From Takakia lepidozioides (lineage: Eukaryota; Plantae; Bryophyta): a stretch of 64,000 nucleotides of DNA. Each line of letters begins with the position of its first letter. Within the stretch, counting starts at the first letter, position 1. The stretch is taken from positions 84,506,001-84,570,000 of the forward strand of contig CM060731.1 in the NCBI GenBank assembly GCA_030704615.1, in the 5' to 3' direction. Both the position numbers and the translations under genes were made by a program. Below, piece after piece: positions 1 through 14,200 of this stretch. The notes under the pieces are model-generated. The model was not told where the DNA came from. It saw nothing but the letters and a program-made list of their open reading frames with translations, and searched no databases.

Positions 1-802
1 GTGGTTCCAACTCAGAAAATTTGGAGCTGGAATTCCAACAGTGGATCCCTTTGGAAGAATTCTCAATGTCTGTCTTCTTTGTCCGCACCACAACATTGCA
101 CTGTTGTCCTGCGCAATGTACGCTCGATCTTCCATCCAAGCCGAGGATGAGCCGATTCATGTACATACTGTCCGTCTTGTGTGGGATGCTCATTGATGGA
201 TGGAACAAGATTGAAATGTTTGGAACTTTGAAATCTTGTCTTGTGTCTGCCACAAATACTGTCTTTCCTTGAATCAGATGACTTTGAGTCTAAGTCATCA
301 ATGAGAATAGGTTTGATCTGTACAGATCTGGGATCTGCATTTGACCTTATGTCCTTGAGCAAGGCTGAAGCGCGCGGAATTGAGCTGCCGACATTTTCCG
401 TTCTAAGATTCAAATCATGCCTCCACGAAGAGTTGGGATCATGTGTCGTAGATATTCCCACCTTCCTCTGAACTCTTCATGTTCTTTTATTCCCCTCCAT
501 GTGGTCGCCACGGGTATGCAACGGAGTTCTAGCCACAATATCCCTCAGGGCAGATCCCATCTTCTTCGCATTTTTAACCTTCAGAGCTTCCCTACAAAGC
601 AGCTAAGATGCATCGGGCCCAATCCTAGCTCCACGTCCATAGAACACATTTCTCCAGTCTCCATCAAAGCCCGAACACTGTCATCTCTTGTTGTCTCAAC
701 CATATCCTTTTTATTCGGTCCTGAACCTTTTTTCCATTTCGCATGCACAGACTTAGCCATGTTGGTATTTGGCATCCCAGATTCTGCATCACGATCCATC
801 CG
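1..802 (-). mobile_element. Degenerate 3' exon of a Mutator-like (MULE) transposase, paralog of the 54255-63724 gene; runs off the window edge
   Basis: After acceptor tgtgcag| the exon reads RMDRDAESGMPNTNMAKSVHAKW, aligning with RCLDSDTDMPNTNMAESVHSSW at 62487 (same intron position, catalytic E changed to K). Further matches are TPLHTRGDHMEG vs TPLHRRGEHLDS and GQYVHES..WKIERT vs GQAIVET..WRIART. Frameshifted. Confidence 0.75.
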
Positions 803-1218
803 CTGCACAATACAAGCAATATTATAAGTGGTTTAATGTCAAAGAGAAAAGCTTTTACAATGCAGAGCCAAAATTCTGTATTGAAGCCAACTAATATGGA
901 GAAGCCGAATGTTAGGCCATCCATGTCCAGCTGGCCCTTCGATGAATGTACATTATGTCCCAACAGAAGATCAATCACATCAGCCCTCGTCAATCTTTGA
1001 ATCCATGTCCGACACGCCATCTTTGGCCAACGAAGGTCTGTCCCTGCTCATCTACAGGTCAACGAAGGTGATGATAATACTATGTAATAAGGTAAGGGAA
1101 ATGTTTACATAATCGAAAGCCGTTGGATTAGAATTATGTGAAAGGATTTTTTCATTATAGAACAATGATTAGTGCAGACCACCGTAGGGCAAAAATGAAA
1201 GAGTAATAAATGGACCAG

Positions 1219-1555
1219 ATCCACGTTCGTTTGACGAAGGCGGATATGTTGCAGGTAGCTCATTCGTACGCATTCTGGAAAAAAACTCATTATACTCCCT
1301 TCGATTGTGGGTGATAAATCAAATAAATTGGATCTAACGAAGGTGGATATGGTGTAGGTATCAATTAAAAAAAAAAAACTCAGTATACTCCATTCGTTTG
1401 TGGTTGATAAAATATTAATTTGGATCCACCTTCGTTCGACAAAGGAGGATATGATGTAGGTATTAAATCGGAAAATGAACACCTCATGATACTCTTTTCG
1501 TTTACAGATGATATCCCATAAAAAATGGATCCATCTTCGTTTGGCGAAAATGAGG
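1219..1555. repeat. Array of 4 dyad repeats ATCCACCTTCGT-NNN-ACGAAGGTGGAT with ~103-bp period
   Basis: Copies at 1219-1245, 1337-1348 (half site), 1424-1450 and ~1529-1555; right arms start at 1234, 1337, 1439 and 1544. Confidence 0.75.
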
Positions 1556-3109
1556 AGTATTGTAAGAATGAATATGCAGCCAATTACGAAAGTCAGTTGT
1601 AGCAAATCAAGCAGCAGATGATATAAAATATCAATGTTTGTCAATCCTGCAAACCCACCTTCTTCAAACAAAGGTCCTTCTGATTCTGGACAGATTATAT
1701 ATATATATATTGACATATTCTGGATAGTGACACACATACAAGCCTACTTTCAATGGATGTGAGGGCCTTATTGCCACAAATTATAGGTGCATATCCAATC
1801 ACATCATTAATAACATTATATATGTATCATGAAATTGGATGGGAAGAAAGAACATACATATCTCATAAAGTTGCCCCACATGCAGTATCGTACATGTCAC
1901 CACGTAATCCAACTCTCCAGCTCTATCAAATGTTTTCTGGGGCAAGCTGCTTCTTCCTCCCACCACGATATCAGTTTACACTTGTAGTAGTGGGTAGTCT
2001 ATATCGGCAGTGATAGAGTGGCATTTACTATAGTGCCAGCTTGGGCAGCAAAGTGTCTTAAGTGTGGCAGTTAGAAGTTTAAGTAGGGGCGGCGGGTGTG
2101 CCATAGCAACATGTAGGGAGATATTATGGGGCTTAAATAAGGTGTGGGGTGGTGTAGGGCTAACTTTGAGAATATCCTCATAGAACGAATGTCCCTATTT
2201 TTGTGGCCATGAATACCAGTTAGTGTGTTGTAGGGTCACCACAGGCCCTCAACCAAGTTTGGATGGAGTAGAAATGGGTCCGTGTGAGAAGAAGAAAGTA
2301 CTCATTAGACTTGTCGCAGCCTTGTGGCATAAACTCGTGCGCACAATGTGGAAGGAGCAGAATAGAACATAGTATGAGAGAGAAGGGAAGCAATCTCACT
2401 TGTCTGCCACATGTTTTGTATGGAGGCATGTGAGGAGGCACTATAGGTTGGGCTGCTAAGCATAGACCCTGTTTCTCATTTTCTTCTACTTCATCGGTCT
2501 CCCAGACCACTTCCATCACCGGGCATAAATAAGTTAGTCATGTTTATGCTGCTGAAAACTATGTGAACATCACATAGAAGCTCTGGCTAAACTTGATCAA
2601 TCACCAAATTTTCAGGGCAACAAATTAACAACTTAAAACCAAAAAAAAATCCAGTCCGGCACATAGAATTTGTTAAGTGAGAAAAATCAAGAGGTTCCTA
2701 AGAGAGCGTTTGACTTCCAACTGGACACTAAGACCTCTATCAGTAATCGCTAGTATGCTACAGTCCACCTTGACTGTGCCTTGAGACCTTACTGTAGCAA
2801 CTACAAACATACACAATTTAGGGCTTGAGGATTACCTCCAAGCAAGATAGGGCTTGAGGATTAGGGTATGGGTTTTTGATTGAATTGTGGTTTATGTTAG
2901 AGGCTGAGCTAATTTGTGAAGGATTTGTAGATGAACATGGAGGATGTTGAACTTGTTATTGTACTTTGTGTTCTCTTCTTGTTCCACAAGGGTCTCCCAC
3001 ATCGTTTCCATCAATCCACAAAAAAAAAAAACAACTCTTATACTTCCGAAATATGACAAATCAAGTCTTTTGTCAAAATCTCTTCCCATTCTTTTTGCAA
3101 TGTTGGCCT

Positions 3110-3690
3110 ATGAACAGAGCAAACCTGGGAGGACTTGGTGGAAAGAGCCTCGACAATGCACTCCTTGGGACATTATAAAGGGAGATGTATGGCATACAAG
3201 TTCCGAGGGAACTTCATTCAAGCTTATCGAATGCCATTTGCAAGTTTTATGTTCTTGGTTATGGAGCTTGAATCATGGATCAAATCATGTGCTCATATTT
3301 TTATAAGGCAACCATTGGAGGTTGGCAAGATTGTTGGGCTTTTCTTGTATCGATTTGCCCATGGCACAAGTGCAACCAAATGGGTTTGGTGTTGGAGCAT
3401 TGACAATCAGAAAATATGTTGACCTTGTTGTCAATGTACTTATTTATGAACACAAACAATTTGCAAGGTACATCTCCATATCTCATGGAGATCGACTTCA
3501 CAGGATTATTGCAGGGTTTGAAGATGCTTGCAGATTTCCCAATGTCTGTGGTTCCGTACACGACACCCATATTATTTTGGACGAGAAACCCAGCAAGAGA
3601 GTAACTGCAGTACTAGCATATTATTATTGTAGCAGGAAGAGCACCAACTTCGTGATCCTCCAAGCTATATGTGACATGGATAAGATAGAA
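3110..3690 (+). mobile_element. PIF/Harbinger transposase relic (HARBI1/DDE_Tnp_4-like), frameshifted and truncated
   Basis: FPNVCGSVHDTHIIL..KP...YYCSRKSTNFVILQAICD resembles the FPNCxGAIDGTHI...Y.NRK...LQAVCD Harbinger motif; the upstream LFLYRFAHG..GVG..TIRKYV segment also fits. Confidence 0.8.
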
Positions 3691-4617
3691 AAATTGAACC
3701 AAGCTCCTATTTTCTTTTAGTATAGTGTAAACCATTTCTAGTCAAATAACCCTAACTTGCAACCACAGTAAATAATCAGCAGTGAAGTAGAAATTAATGT
3801 TTATCAATGTTTCAGGGAAAACATGGATGGTAGTTACTAGTTACCTTAAGCGCTGGCGCGGGGGCGCATTCTGCCCAAGCGGCTTGCCTGCCCCCGCCAG
3901 GCCCCACGTCCATGGCCCCTGCCCAATCTAACTCCTAGGCGGCCCGCAGCAACCTGGGTGTCTCTTTTGAGGCTCATTTCTCCTCATGTGCCCGGCACTC
4001 TAGCTTCTCTTCGTGTACAAATTGCGGGTCACGGGTCCAATATCCGCGTTCCGACCATCGATGTTTTGATGCCTGCTTTGTTGCTACCTGATTTTTATTT
4101 TTATTTTATTGGCCCTGCCTTCCCTAAGGCAAGACTACGCAAAGGGTTTTGATGTTTAGCACCCATACTTGCGATTAAGTTTCCAATTAGATCAAGATAG
4201 GTGTAATGGGAATATCTCATCCATATCTATAAATGAATAAAATCCCTGAAGAATAGTTTTATGCATGAGTGAATACGTCTACGAGCCATCACAGGCCAAT
4301 ATTCTCTCCGCAAGGAAGACAATGGCTTGTATTTCCTCCAACTTTACCTTGTATTTTCCTCCTATTTGCTCTCATTGACATTTCTGATCCTCGTAAAAAC
4401 CTACGGGTTTTATCCCTTTGTATTTGCAAGGACCTTATCTGACGGAATATCACGTCAACAACTGGCGTCGTAAGATCTCCGCCCCAGGGATTTTACGCTT
4501 ACGCCCTATCATCTTTTCTTTCTAAATTTGTCTCTTTTATTTTAGTTCTAGGGATCTGAGCCATCCACCAAGATCTTCAAGAGATCTTAGCCATCCACCG
4601 CGGGAAAGAACCCTCAC

Positions 4618-4830
4618 CCAAGTTTGCTTATGTATTGGCATAATTTTGATCTTTGCATCTTTCAATGTCGCTCCCAGTGAGAATTCCACTGCGTGATGCT
4701 CTTCGACGGTCAACGAGTACAAATATATCTGCTCCAGAAACCCGATCTTCTGGTCTTTAACCAACCTCCAGAGCCCCATCACTGGCACCATTTTCTTTTT
4801 CTTCTCAAGTTTTGGACGGCGTTGTCTATT
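4618..4830 (-). pseudogene. RPS2: 40S ribosomal protein S2 (uS5) fragment, intronless and diverged
   Basis: VPVMGLWRLVKDQKIGFLEQIYLYSLTVEEHHAVEFSLGATLKDAKIKIMPIHKQT resembles RPS2 WVPVTKLGRLVK..KI..LEQIYLHSLP.KE......LKDEVMKIMPVQKQT; truncated after KQT. Confidence 0.8.
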
Positions 4831-7089
4831 TCTGTGATCTCCCCCAGCTCTCATGTCCTCTGGCGTACTTTCTTTGCTGCTTCTTCGGCATCGTCTCATC
4901 ATCGTTGCGCAGATACGCCTCGATCTGCCGACTCTCCGTTGTACCTTGCTCCATCATCATATTTCCCGCATTGTTACCAACATTCCGGCGCCACCGGGTC
5001 GGGCATGCCGGCTAGATTACCAGAATGCTCTTCGCAGCTCTTTACCTGTGAGCACCCTACATGGCGAGAGGTTCGTTGATGCCTTCACGCGCTCATTGTA
5101 CCCGAACAATGCCTCCCACATGTTGTTGTCCCACTTTCCTCTCGGTCTTCCACTCATTTCAGCTGTATCCTGTTTTAATCCTTGGATTCCGCGCTCCGCC
5201 AACCCGTTAGCAACATTCAAGGTGATTCAATATAACGGATTTTGTACTAGTCACCTTCGCAGCTTTGTCTTACTAGATCGCAATGGTTGAAGAAGTAGAA
5301 AGAGCTATGAGTACATGGGTGCGACGTCATTCGGAAATGATGGGAGGACCTCGCCGTGGATGAAACCAAATATTCATCTAAGAATTTTGTGCTTCTAGGA
5401 ATAATGTGGGTATAGAGCAAAAAGAGGGCTCCTGCATGTTTACTCTGTTCACCATGTATTGTTGTTAGACAAATGGAACCACATACGGAAGAGAGATATC
5501 ACCGTGGGAAGCTTACATGCCTATCATAGAAGTATGTCTAGTTCTAGTAATGGTTCTCCACTCTTGGTCCTTGGCTATGCTAATCTCATAATCACTCCAA
5601 GCCTTCTATAATGTAATATCTAACACTGGAAAAATGGATTACAACATCTTTTTATTTATGGCCACATTGTTGCTACCATCAGCCTTGGCTGCACGACATG
5701 TCATCGCCCGTCATGACTCCACCGAGACAACCTCTCGAGACTTTTTGGGGGGAATCACTCAACTCATCCAAAGAAAGAACACACTTTCATGGCCAAAGAA
5801 GCTTCAGCAAATGCACCAAAACATTCTCCTTATTGCCCATCCAGGCTGCCATACAACCAGCATACATCTCACCCTTTCCTTCACAAGTCAAAGGTGTCTT
5901 ATTCCCTCCCTAGTCTCGCTTATATGCGTCCCGGTGCCCTCATCCAAACCGGATGGTGCACCGGTAAGCACTAATCCTCGTCACTGTTCTGCTCTTATTC
6001 TTCTACCCTTACCCTTGACAACAATGCGGTATTTCTCCCCCTCTCAGCGTGCACCGCATGCAAGATAATTCTAGCTACTTTCCCCCAGTTAGCTGCGGCC
6101 ACCACTACCACCTCTGTCCTTTGATGGATGAACTATGGCCAGTTCATCCATCTCATAGGGGATTTTTTTATTTCATTCTTCTTACTCTTGCAAAGAACTA
6201 AACGGATGTGCCACTTGCCCCCGTCATCCGCCTTTTGGTTGTTCTTCATCCATCATCATACCTTCATCGGACGCTTTCAGTGGGGAATGACCATATTATA
6301 ATTAATTGTGTAGTCTTCGTTTCCCACTGGGGGTGCTATTCCGCGAAATACACTCTGTTTCTGTCGCTCGGTGCGCGTGGGAGCCTGGTGACGTGACGTG
6401 GCGTGCACAGCGGTGAGTGCAATCAGCTGGTGACATGGCATGATGCCGTGGCTTCGCTGAATCACTAGGCTCCCGCCGAGGCATTCCTGGATAATGAACC
6501 CAAAATCTTGCATTCTCCTTGCACCACAGCATACTCATCCGCCACAGCCTCTCAGCATGGGGGTTACCCCCCACGCCCCCCCCCCCGTCACCCGAATGTC
6601 GCCAAATGTTTCATTCATATCTCCAACGGGTGTGCTCATATTTCATCTTTAAGTGCCCTTTTTCATCCCGCAAGGTGCATTCGTCCTTCTTTCTCCCCCC
6701 TCTCTGCCTCACGTCTTGAAATAATCGCATGAACGAATCGCAGCACTTGTTGTTGCCCTACAAGCGCGGTAAGAGCACTCCCTTCTTTGCTGCCTCCGTA
6801 CTCGGGGGCCGTTTCTTCTGGTTCCTTCATCACTTTACGCCGCGAAAGTCCCCGGGCCTCCGGCCCACCTTGGTGCTCGGGTCATACTACCTACACGCGG
6901 GCTCGGCTACGCCCTGCGCCTCACCACCCCACTACCCCCCTCACACCACGGTAAGACCTTGGAGGGGGAACTTACCCTATACAAAATGGAAGACGTCTGT
7001 GAGAAAGTGGGCTTCTGGAACAATTCATTGATCCTCCCATGGATCTCATAGTAAAAGGGGCAGAAAGAAAGAACAAAAAAAGACAGCCT

Positions 7090-7330
7090 ACCGTTTCTTT
7101 TTCTTTAACGTCCAGTGATTTACTAATCCATATCCTCTCACCACAGCCCATCGAGGGGCCAATGGACAGTTGAAGGCACATGTTGAAGGATTGAACCCAG
7201 GATCCCCCAGCGTATGCACAGGCAAGGAACAAATACCGAACCACTGGCTTACCTGCTCAAGTGCAGAGAAAGACAAAGAGAACCTCCACCATAACCTTAA
7301 CTCAACCATCAGGACTTGCGTCACAACCTA
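7090..7330 (+). mobile_element. Highly degenerate LINE ORF2 C-terminal (zf-RVT-like) relic
   Basis: QLKAHVEGLNPGSPSV...LTCSSAEKDKENLHH loosely fits K.F.WR....LPV...C..C....E...H; many substitutions. Confidence 0.3.
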
Positions 7331-8245
7331 GTATGCAGGGCTTGCATGTATTACTGCATTTCTTTTTCCTAAAGCGGGGACAGTGGCCCTCGAGAACTTC
7401 TATTAATAGGGAAACAAATTAAAACCCCCCATAACACAACCCCCCCTCACACACCAAATGCGCGACGTGCGCGGGGGTTACCCAGAGAATAGAGAGACGA
7501 GCCAAAAGCTGATAAAATTACAAGAGGATACAGCCAAGTGGCCCAAACCAAGTAATTCAGAATCCTATCAGGAGAAAATATCAAGATTACAATGCTAAGT
7601 ATTGAGAGTAATGACCTAGAGTAAGATGGCCTAAGTGCCATCTGACAGGAACTTTGAAGCGACAGGGCTCTTGCGTCAGCGGGAAGAGCCACAGCTAATG
7701 ATCAAAGCCTTATCTCTTGTAGCTTGCTTTCTGCTTCCATGCCTCCAATTTATATCCCTATCAAATTTCGGGGATCCAGGGTATCTTGGCGTGTAGTCCC
7801 TGCCAAGAGAGGGGCGAGTGCAGATGACCAGATGCAAGAGGATGGTGCAATGCTTGTGATATGATTCCCTCCCAATCGAAATTCATCAATGTTAGCCCAC
7901 ATCAAGGGGTTACTTCACGCAATGTGAAGCTTATCAGTTCTTCACCTGCACTATTGACACGCCCAGCTTTATTGATCCTCCACTATCAAAACTATGGCTG
8001 GAACATGGAGGTTTTTTTTTAACCTCCATGTTCCAGGCATAGTTTCGCCTCAGCAGTTGAAGATAACAGAAGCAGTATTACAGGCAACAGAAGCAACGCC
8101 TGAGACTAGTGAAGTCAACCTTCCCACCAATGCCCACATGGGACACCCTTCACCTGAGGGCAGCGCACATTTACAATTGCATAAAACTGAAGAGAGATTT
8201 TAAAAAAATATTAAAAGGTACATTACAACACTGTTGACTGGCATA

Positions 8246-11200
8246 TCAAAAAAGTTTCAAATTAGAGAAAACTTGCGTTGTAGTCAGCCCCCCCACTGGC
8301 GATGCAATCCTCTTTCCACCAATCCACACTCAACACCTGTCAGACACCCCAAAATCTTGAAATTTTGATAGTCCCCAAGTAAATAGCAAGGACAACTGTT
8401 GCCTCTTGGCAGGCCAACAATACGGCAACATCCTTCATTATAAATAGCTTTGAACCCTTGACCAAAGCATGATATCGCCAAGCATGGATTGATTTCAGTT
8501 ATATAGAGATTCAGATAGTTGCCTCGTTGATAAATTGCCCAACAGAGCACATTGAGTTCAAAGAAAAGTTCAACGTAGGTACCCACAGATTCATGTCTAG
8601 AGGGACAACTACCGAATCACCCCAATGACGTTTCCTAGACACTTTAAAAAGTAATTCCAGAGGGCACGATTGGGCGAAGGAGCATGACAACACTAATACC
8701 TTATCTTTATGAGCCTCGAGTGTGTGAAGGGGCACCTGCAATTAAAAAGCTTCCATGATCAGAACCCCCTACTTACTCAAATTTTGCAACGAGAAAGGCT
8801 ATTGAGCTGAACTTCTTTGATGGCACAGGGCCATGGTGGTAACATTAATATTAAATTTTCCATTTTCTCAAAAAGACTTTTAACAAAATACAAGGCTGTT
8901 CTTAAAAAAGCTTCGGAGTTCCATACAGAAATAAAAATGGGGTAGGATCTGACCTTGCTCCGTGTATCCCAAAGCTTGACCGTACCATCATGCGAATCGG
9001 ATTTAGATGGTAACCAGATCTTGGATGCCTGCAGATAGAGAACTCCACTCAAACGTTTAAGGATAGAATATTTTTTCGATAAATCAGTTCCCACAGGCCC
9101 AGTGAACACCTCAGATAAACTTCCATCCGTTGACATATACAGTGACCTGGTCCTTTTGATGGACTTAGTCAGCTCCTGTGAGATTGCACTTAGTGTAGGG
9201 CAACAGCCTAGGGCTGAAGAGACCCAGTAAAGCCTTTGCTTCCAGGAATGGTATATAGAAAATAGTTTGCATATACCTCTGATTTCCTCATGTTGTGGAG
9301 CTTAACTAGAAAGCAAATTGAAAGCCACATTTCCAACAGGCCTGTGTATTAGATGAAAGGAATCCAAATGAGTACTGGAATAACAGGTATGCATGTGATA
9401 GGCCTTGCAGGTATGGATACCAACGACAATAAACTAAGCCGAATGTCATCAACTAACCATTTGCAAGCAGAAATCCAGGATTTATGGGACGCCAGCTGTA
9501 GAACAGGTGTCACTGATTCTGTCAACATCACCAGTATAATCGCGAACACGGCAATAATTGTCAATAGATGGACCATACATGTTAAACAACTTATAGTCTC
9601 AGCCTATATTCAATACCAAGCAACATCCACCACGGTCCTTATCTGAGCACATTGCCTCATCACAGTTTTCGAAGCCAACTGCATGAACTTCTTTAAACTT
9701 GCAGCCACCGTGAGATTTTTACCAAACTGAAGCATCATAGGTTGATGAGAATGCAGAAGCTTCTCATCATCACAAAGTAATGTGTACTGCCATCCTTTTA
9801 AATATAACTCTCCTCTGCCAACATTGTCAGACTCTCACACACCATCGACAGACGACATGAATCTTCAGGAAATCTTCTTCCCATATGCAATGTTCGCCTG
9901 CAATTATATTTTGAAAACCCCCAAACGTTACCTGGAAGCCGGGGATCCCAGATTCTCAGCACAGGATCAGCACCACCCGCTGCAAGTAGGGCAGAGCCTT
10001 CCCCACCAACACTCAGGCAATGCAAAGCCTTGTTGCAATTCTGCAAACATTTTCAAATGCTACTCTCAGGGGCTAGCACAGTCCCGGTCACCTCTATTTC
10101 ATCCATACTAGGCAACACTCCCGTTGATCCTCGCGATGTTCACAAAGCCTTCCATTTATCTGTTTGATCCCCACCCAAGCACCAATGGCAAATCCTCTAT
10201 ACAAACAAACAGAAGGCAGCAGGTGCTTTTGTGACTATGACCACAGGTTTCAGGAAGATCAAATCCTCATATGAATCCGCAAGGTGTAACGATGCTGCCC
10301 ACTCTTCTCTCAATGAACAACCCAACCAACTGAAGGTCAACTGGGAGAAGGAAAACTTCCTACTCAATCGATTACAATACTGTGTGATGGTCTAGCCTCT
10401 CCACACTTAATACGGAGAGGAAGTTAGGTTGGGATTTTCAGGAAAAGTAAAAGAAGGGGCACCATAGTTGCCATATTGACTCTTGTTTCCACGTCCCAAC
10501 CACGCATTGAATGATCCCAAGATGCTTAATAGAGAGACCCCCGTTCAGCCCATACAACTGCTGCACCCACTGTTGTGTGCCCTTCCAATGTTGCCAGGGC
10601 TTCACCCTGCTATCCAAATACACAGCCATTCAAAAGGCAAGTGGATGTGACCCACAGGCCTTTGCTTCTAGACACTGCTAATCGAAAATACTAAGCACCC
10701 AAAACAAATCTCAAAGAACATCCTACAATACAGATTTGCGGATTGGCACGATCTTCCCTGGAAGAAGTCTTTCACCCTAGTCTTTCATCACTACCTTCAC
10801 AAGATGTAGGTTGCAGAACTGATCAGATTTTGCCACACTTATGAGAGGAAAAAGCATAGGAGGGCCACAGGACCAAATATCACTCCAAGAGTAAACCAAA
10901 GAAACACTCAAAAGACCCAGAGGATCACTCAGAGATGGAGTGCCTCATGAAGGTGAAATGACAACATCGCTTAAAGATGAATTTCTTCGTGCCGGTAAGC
11001 GGCTAATATCGCAACTTTGTGAGTGTAAAAGGAAAACTCCCGGAGAAAACCAAAAGAACACATCAACAGACCCCAATTAGAGCTGAGAGACAGAGTGCCT
11101 CACGCAGGTAAGATAAGCTGCCAAGCCCCAACACTTGTAACCTGAGATGCCAATCAGCAAAGGGTGCCAGACCAGAAGAGTACCCATGAAACACAGCCAA

Positions 11201-14200
11201 GGTCTATAAAGGAAATGGCATGCGAGAGTTTTGCAAACATGGGATAGTTGCACCCTCAAACATTTATGGCCCTCGACGCTGGCCTCTGCCCAAGAGGGGG
11301 ACAAGACAGTAGTACCTTCTGATCTCTTAGTAAGAGAGACAGGCACTGATATAATATCTCCACTTCTGATATCCTACACTTTTGAATCCAATGTCGTGCC
11401 TCATTCCATAGGTTGTGAGAACATATTCGGAAATGTGCCCAAAGCCCTCATCAGGGGTGTAGAGAGCTTCCTAGCAAAGTAGGCATCACAATGTAGTCAT
11501 GCCTATTATAAGGTACACGTCCCAGTAGAACCAGGATTAGGGTGATAGCTGGTGTTGCCGTCCCCAAGTTCATTATACACAGAAGTTTCTGAGAGAAATT
11601 GTATACTGATAAGATGTTGCTCATGGTGAGGTTTGGACAGGGCAGAATAGAAGGTAGGATAAGAAAGAGAGAGGACACAAGAAATGAAGTCCATTCCAGC
11701 GGAAGAGTGTTGCAATGACTGTCCTCTAAGTAATGACTTCAGGGGGAAGCAAATACCTGAGGCTGAGAATGCTCTACAGCTACCCCAATGTCATTCAACC
11801 TTCTCTTCTTAGGCGCAGCCATGTCCTCTTCAAACTCCACTTCCCCAGATATTTGCCACAATTTGATTGAAGCATCCCATGACCCTGAACACACCTGGCA
11901 ACATACGAACTATGGATCACAATCCGGAAGGACCCCCACTTGGTGTTCAGAATGACCACACTAAGACAACAACACATCTACTAGCCGTAGACCTTCAACA
12001 GCCACCAACAAGGAGGGGATATGATTCCCAGAGACCTCAAAACATCCAGCACTCACTGATGTTGATGGAGAACATTTGGTTGGTTTCTCAAACTCTTGTA
12101 CCATCGTATATGAAAAGTGTCATCAATCCCAATCAAAACTCCAGTTTCGAAAACGGGTCGAGGAGAACCCTCATTGATTATAAATACATACAACCTAACC
12201 TTGACGACTAGTCCGGGATTGAACATGGTGTCTAGATATTGAGCTAATTAGATCCAAAAACTTGAATCGTAAGTATAACCAGTGAGTGTGAGCATTTTAT
12301 ATACAGATAGGGGACAACAGTACCTCAGTGCCGGAAGGCCTTGCGGCAACACTTTGGACTGAGGACGAATGTCCTTTGAGACATTTTACAGGCCTGATTG
12401 ATATTGGTGCTGACTCCTCCATCAAAGCAACCTTTACAAGCCAAATTCGTTGCATGTGATAGCACATTATAGTAGAGCTCAAATATATACATATATGTGT
12501 ATATATATATATATATATATGTATTCAAGTGCAACTTCGATTTCAAAGTAACTGAAGGTCGAGTGATGCCCGAGATGAAAACCATTAGTAGTTTGTAGGT
12601 AGCCCCCACCAGTGAAAATTTTAACATCAACCAAAAATCACAAAGTACCTCTGCATAAGATATGCAGCAGAGACCACATGCAGTGCTTCCCTCACTATGA
12701 CATCCATCGAATGGACAGAGAAGAGTGGAGAGGGAGACAGGAGACAGAGCAAAAGATTACCTGCCATAGTTGTAGTGTCTGATCCTTGGAGGCTGTTACA
12801 AGATCCAACTGTTTTGCACTCGACCCTGCTTTTGCAACCATGGTCATATCCTGAGCAACTCACCATATCCTGAGCTTGAGCACTTTGCCAGCTAAGCTAC
12901 ACTCTGCAAACCACTGAAGAACTGTATGCAGAGGAGAGACGAGAACACAACTCATTGCCACCAAGATCCACAATCAAACCTCTGAATCACCAAATTCGAA
13001 CCTGATGGGGGTATTACTGCAATAAATGTTATAGCATCGTGGTGACCTTCCAACACAAAGGCCTGTTTTCCTTCATCATTCCAAATCCTGGCATGTGGAC
13101 ATCGTATCATGTCAGTCTATAAGACATCTCTCTATGCAGCTGTGGGTTGATGTGATGGGAAGATCGGGCATGATGCCACAACATGGAGAAAGACCACCAC
13201 TAACAATTAATATCCTACACCTGCCACCCTGTCTTCATAAGCCTCTTTCCCCTCATTCCTCTGAAATTTTTCCACCGTAGGTGTTTGATGACCAGCCACG
13301 GAACTCAAGTTCAGCACCTTACATCAAAAAATCGAGACAACCACCCCCTTGCCTAATTAAGCCTTAAGTTGTAACAACTTTTATGTCTTGCATCCAAACA
13401 ATTATGACATGCGTGCAACAAAGACCAGATGCATGTCACTACCATGAACATTGCCTGAAACTTCCAAGAACTTTCAAAGATAAAATAGACAATTTTAAGC
13501 ATAGCAAGACACAGCATAGTAAGTAAATAAACATGTGGAATAGCCTTCAAGGGCAAATGAAGGGTATGACACTACATTGCAAAACTGTCATATGACCCTG
13601 TAATCAGGTATCTGCATCAACCAGCCCAACACCACTGAAACTACTCACTTCCACTGCTTGACATCAAAGGTCTAAAGAGAACAAGCGTCATGGTAAAGGA
13701 TAAGACATGTTGATTTGAACTCCATCCATCCTCAACAATATTCTCTTGCCCATGGGCCTAGGATCCTACAGCCCAGATTTCCAGATAATTTGTGAAGCTG
13801 AGCCCCACCGCAATTTGTAACAACTATTCCCTAAGGCCCATCCCAGCAGTGAATCGCTACCTTGGCTACACACCAAAAACACACCTCGGGAGAGAGCCGT
13901 TGACTGCACTGACCCAATCATCGTGTGTACAGGGCTCTTGCAATTGAGGGGGTACTACTGCAAGTATGTATTCAATCGTAAGAGTCGTTTCCTGCACCAC
14001 CAGAGCGAGATTTAACAGAAAATTAGAAGACAGATTCCTCTTGTGTTAAACTGCCAATAACCGCTGTCTACATCCCTACTTCATTTTCCATAAAGACAAA
14101 CCATTACTCCATGTTTTAAACCACAAGGGGTTTTTGACATCCAAAATTAAGCTAATGAAAGAAAGGAGCAAGAACACAGAGACAAAGTCTTGTTAGGTCA

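Noticed and set aside
1600-2520. Possible CxC/KDZ-type transposon relic (CPESEGPLFEEGGF..N...YHLL; HCAHEFMP)
   Set aside because: Only weak motif resemblance across broken frames; cannot be supported without a profile search.
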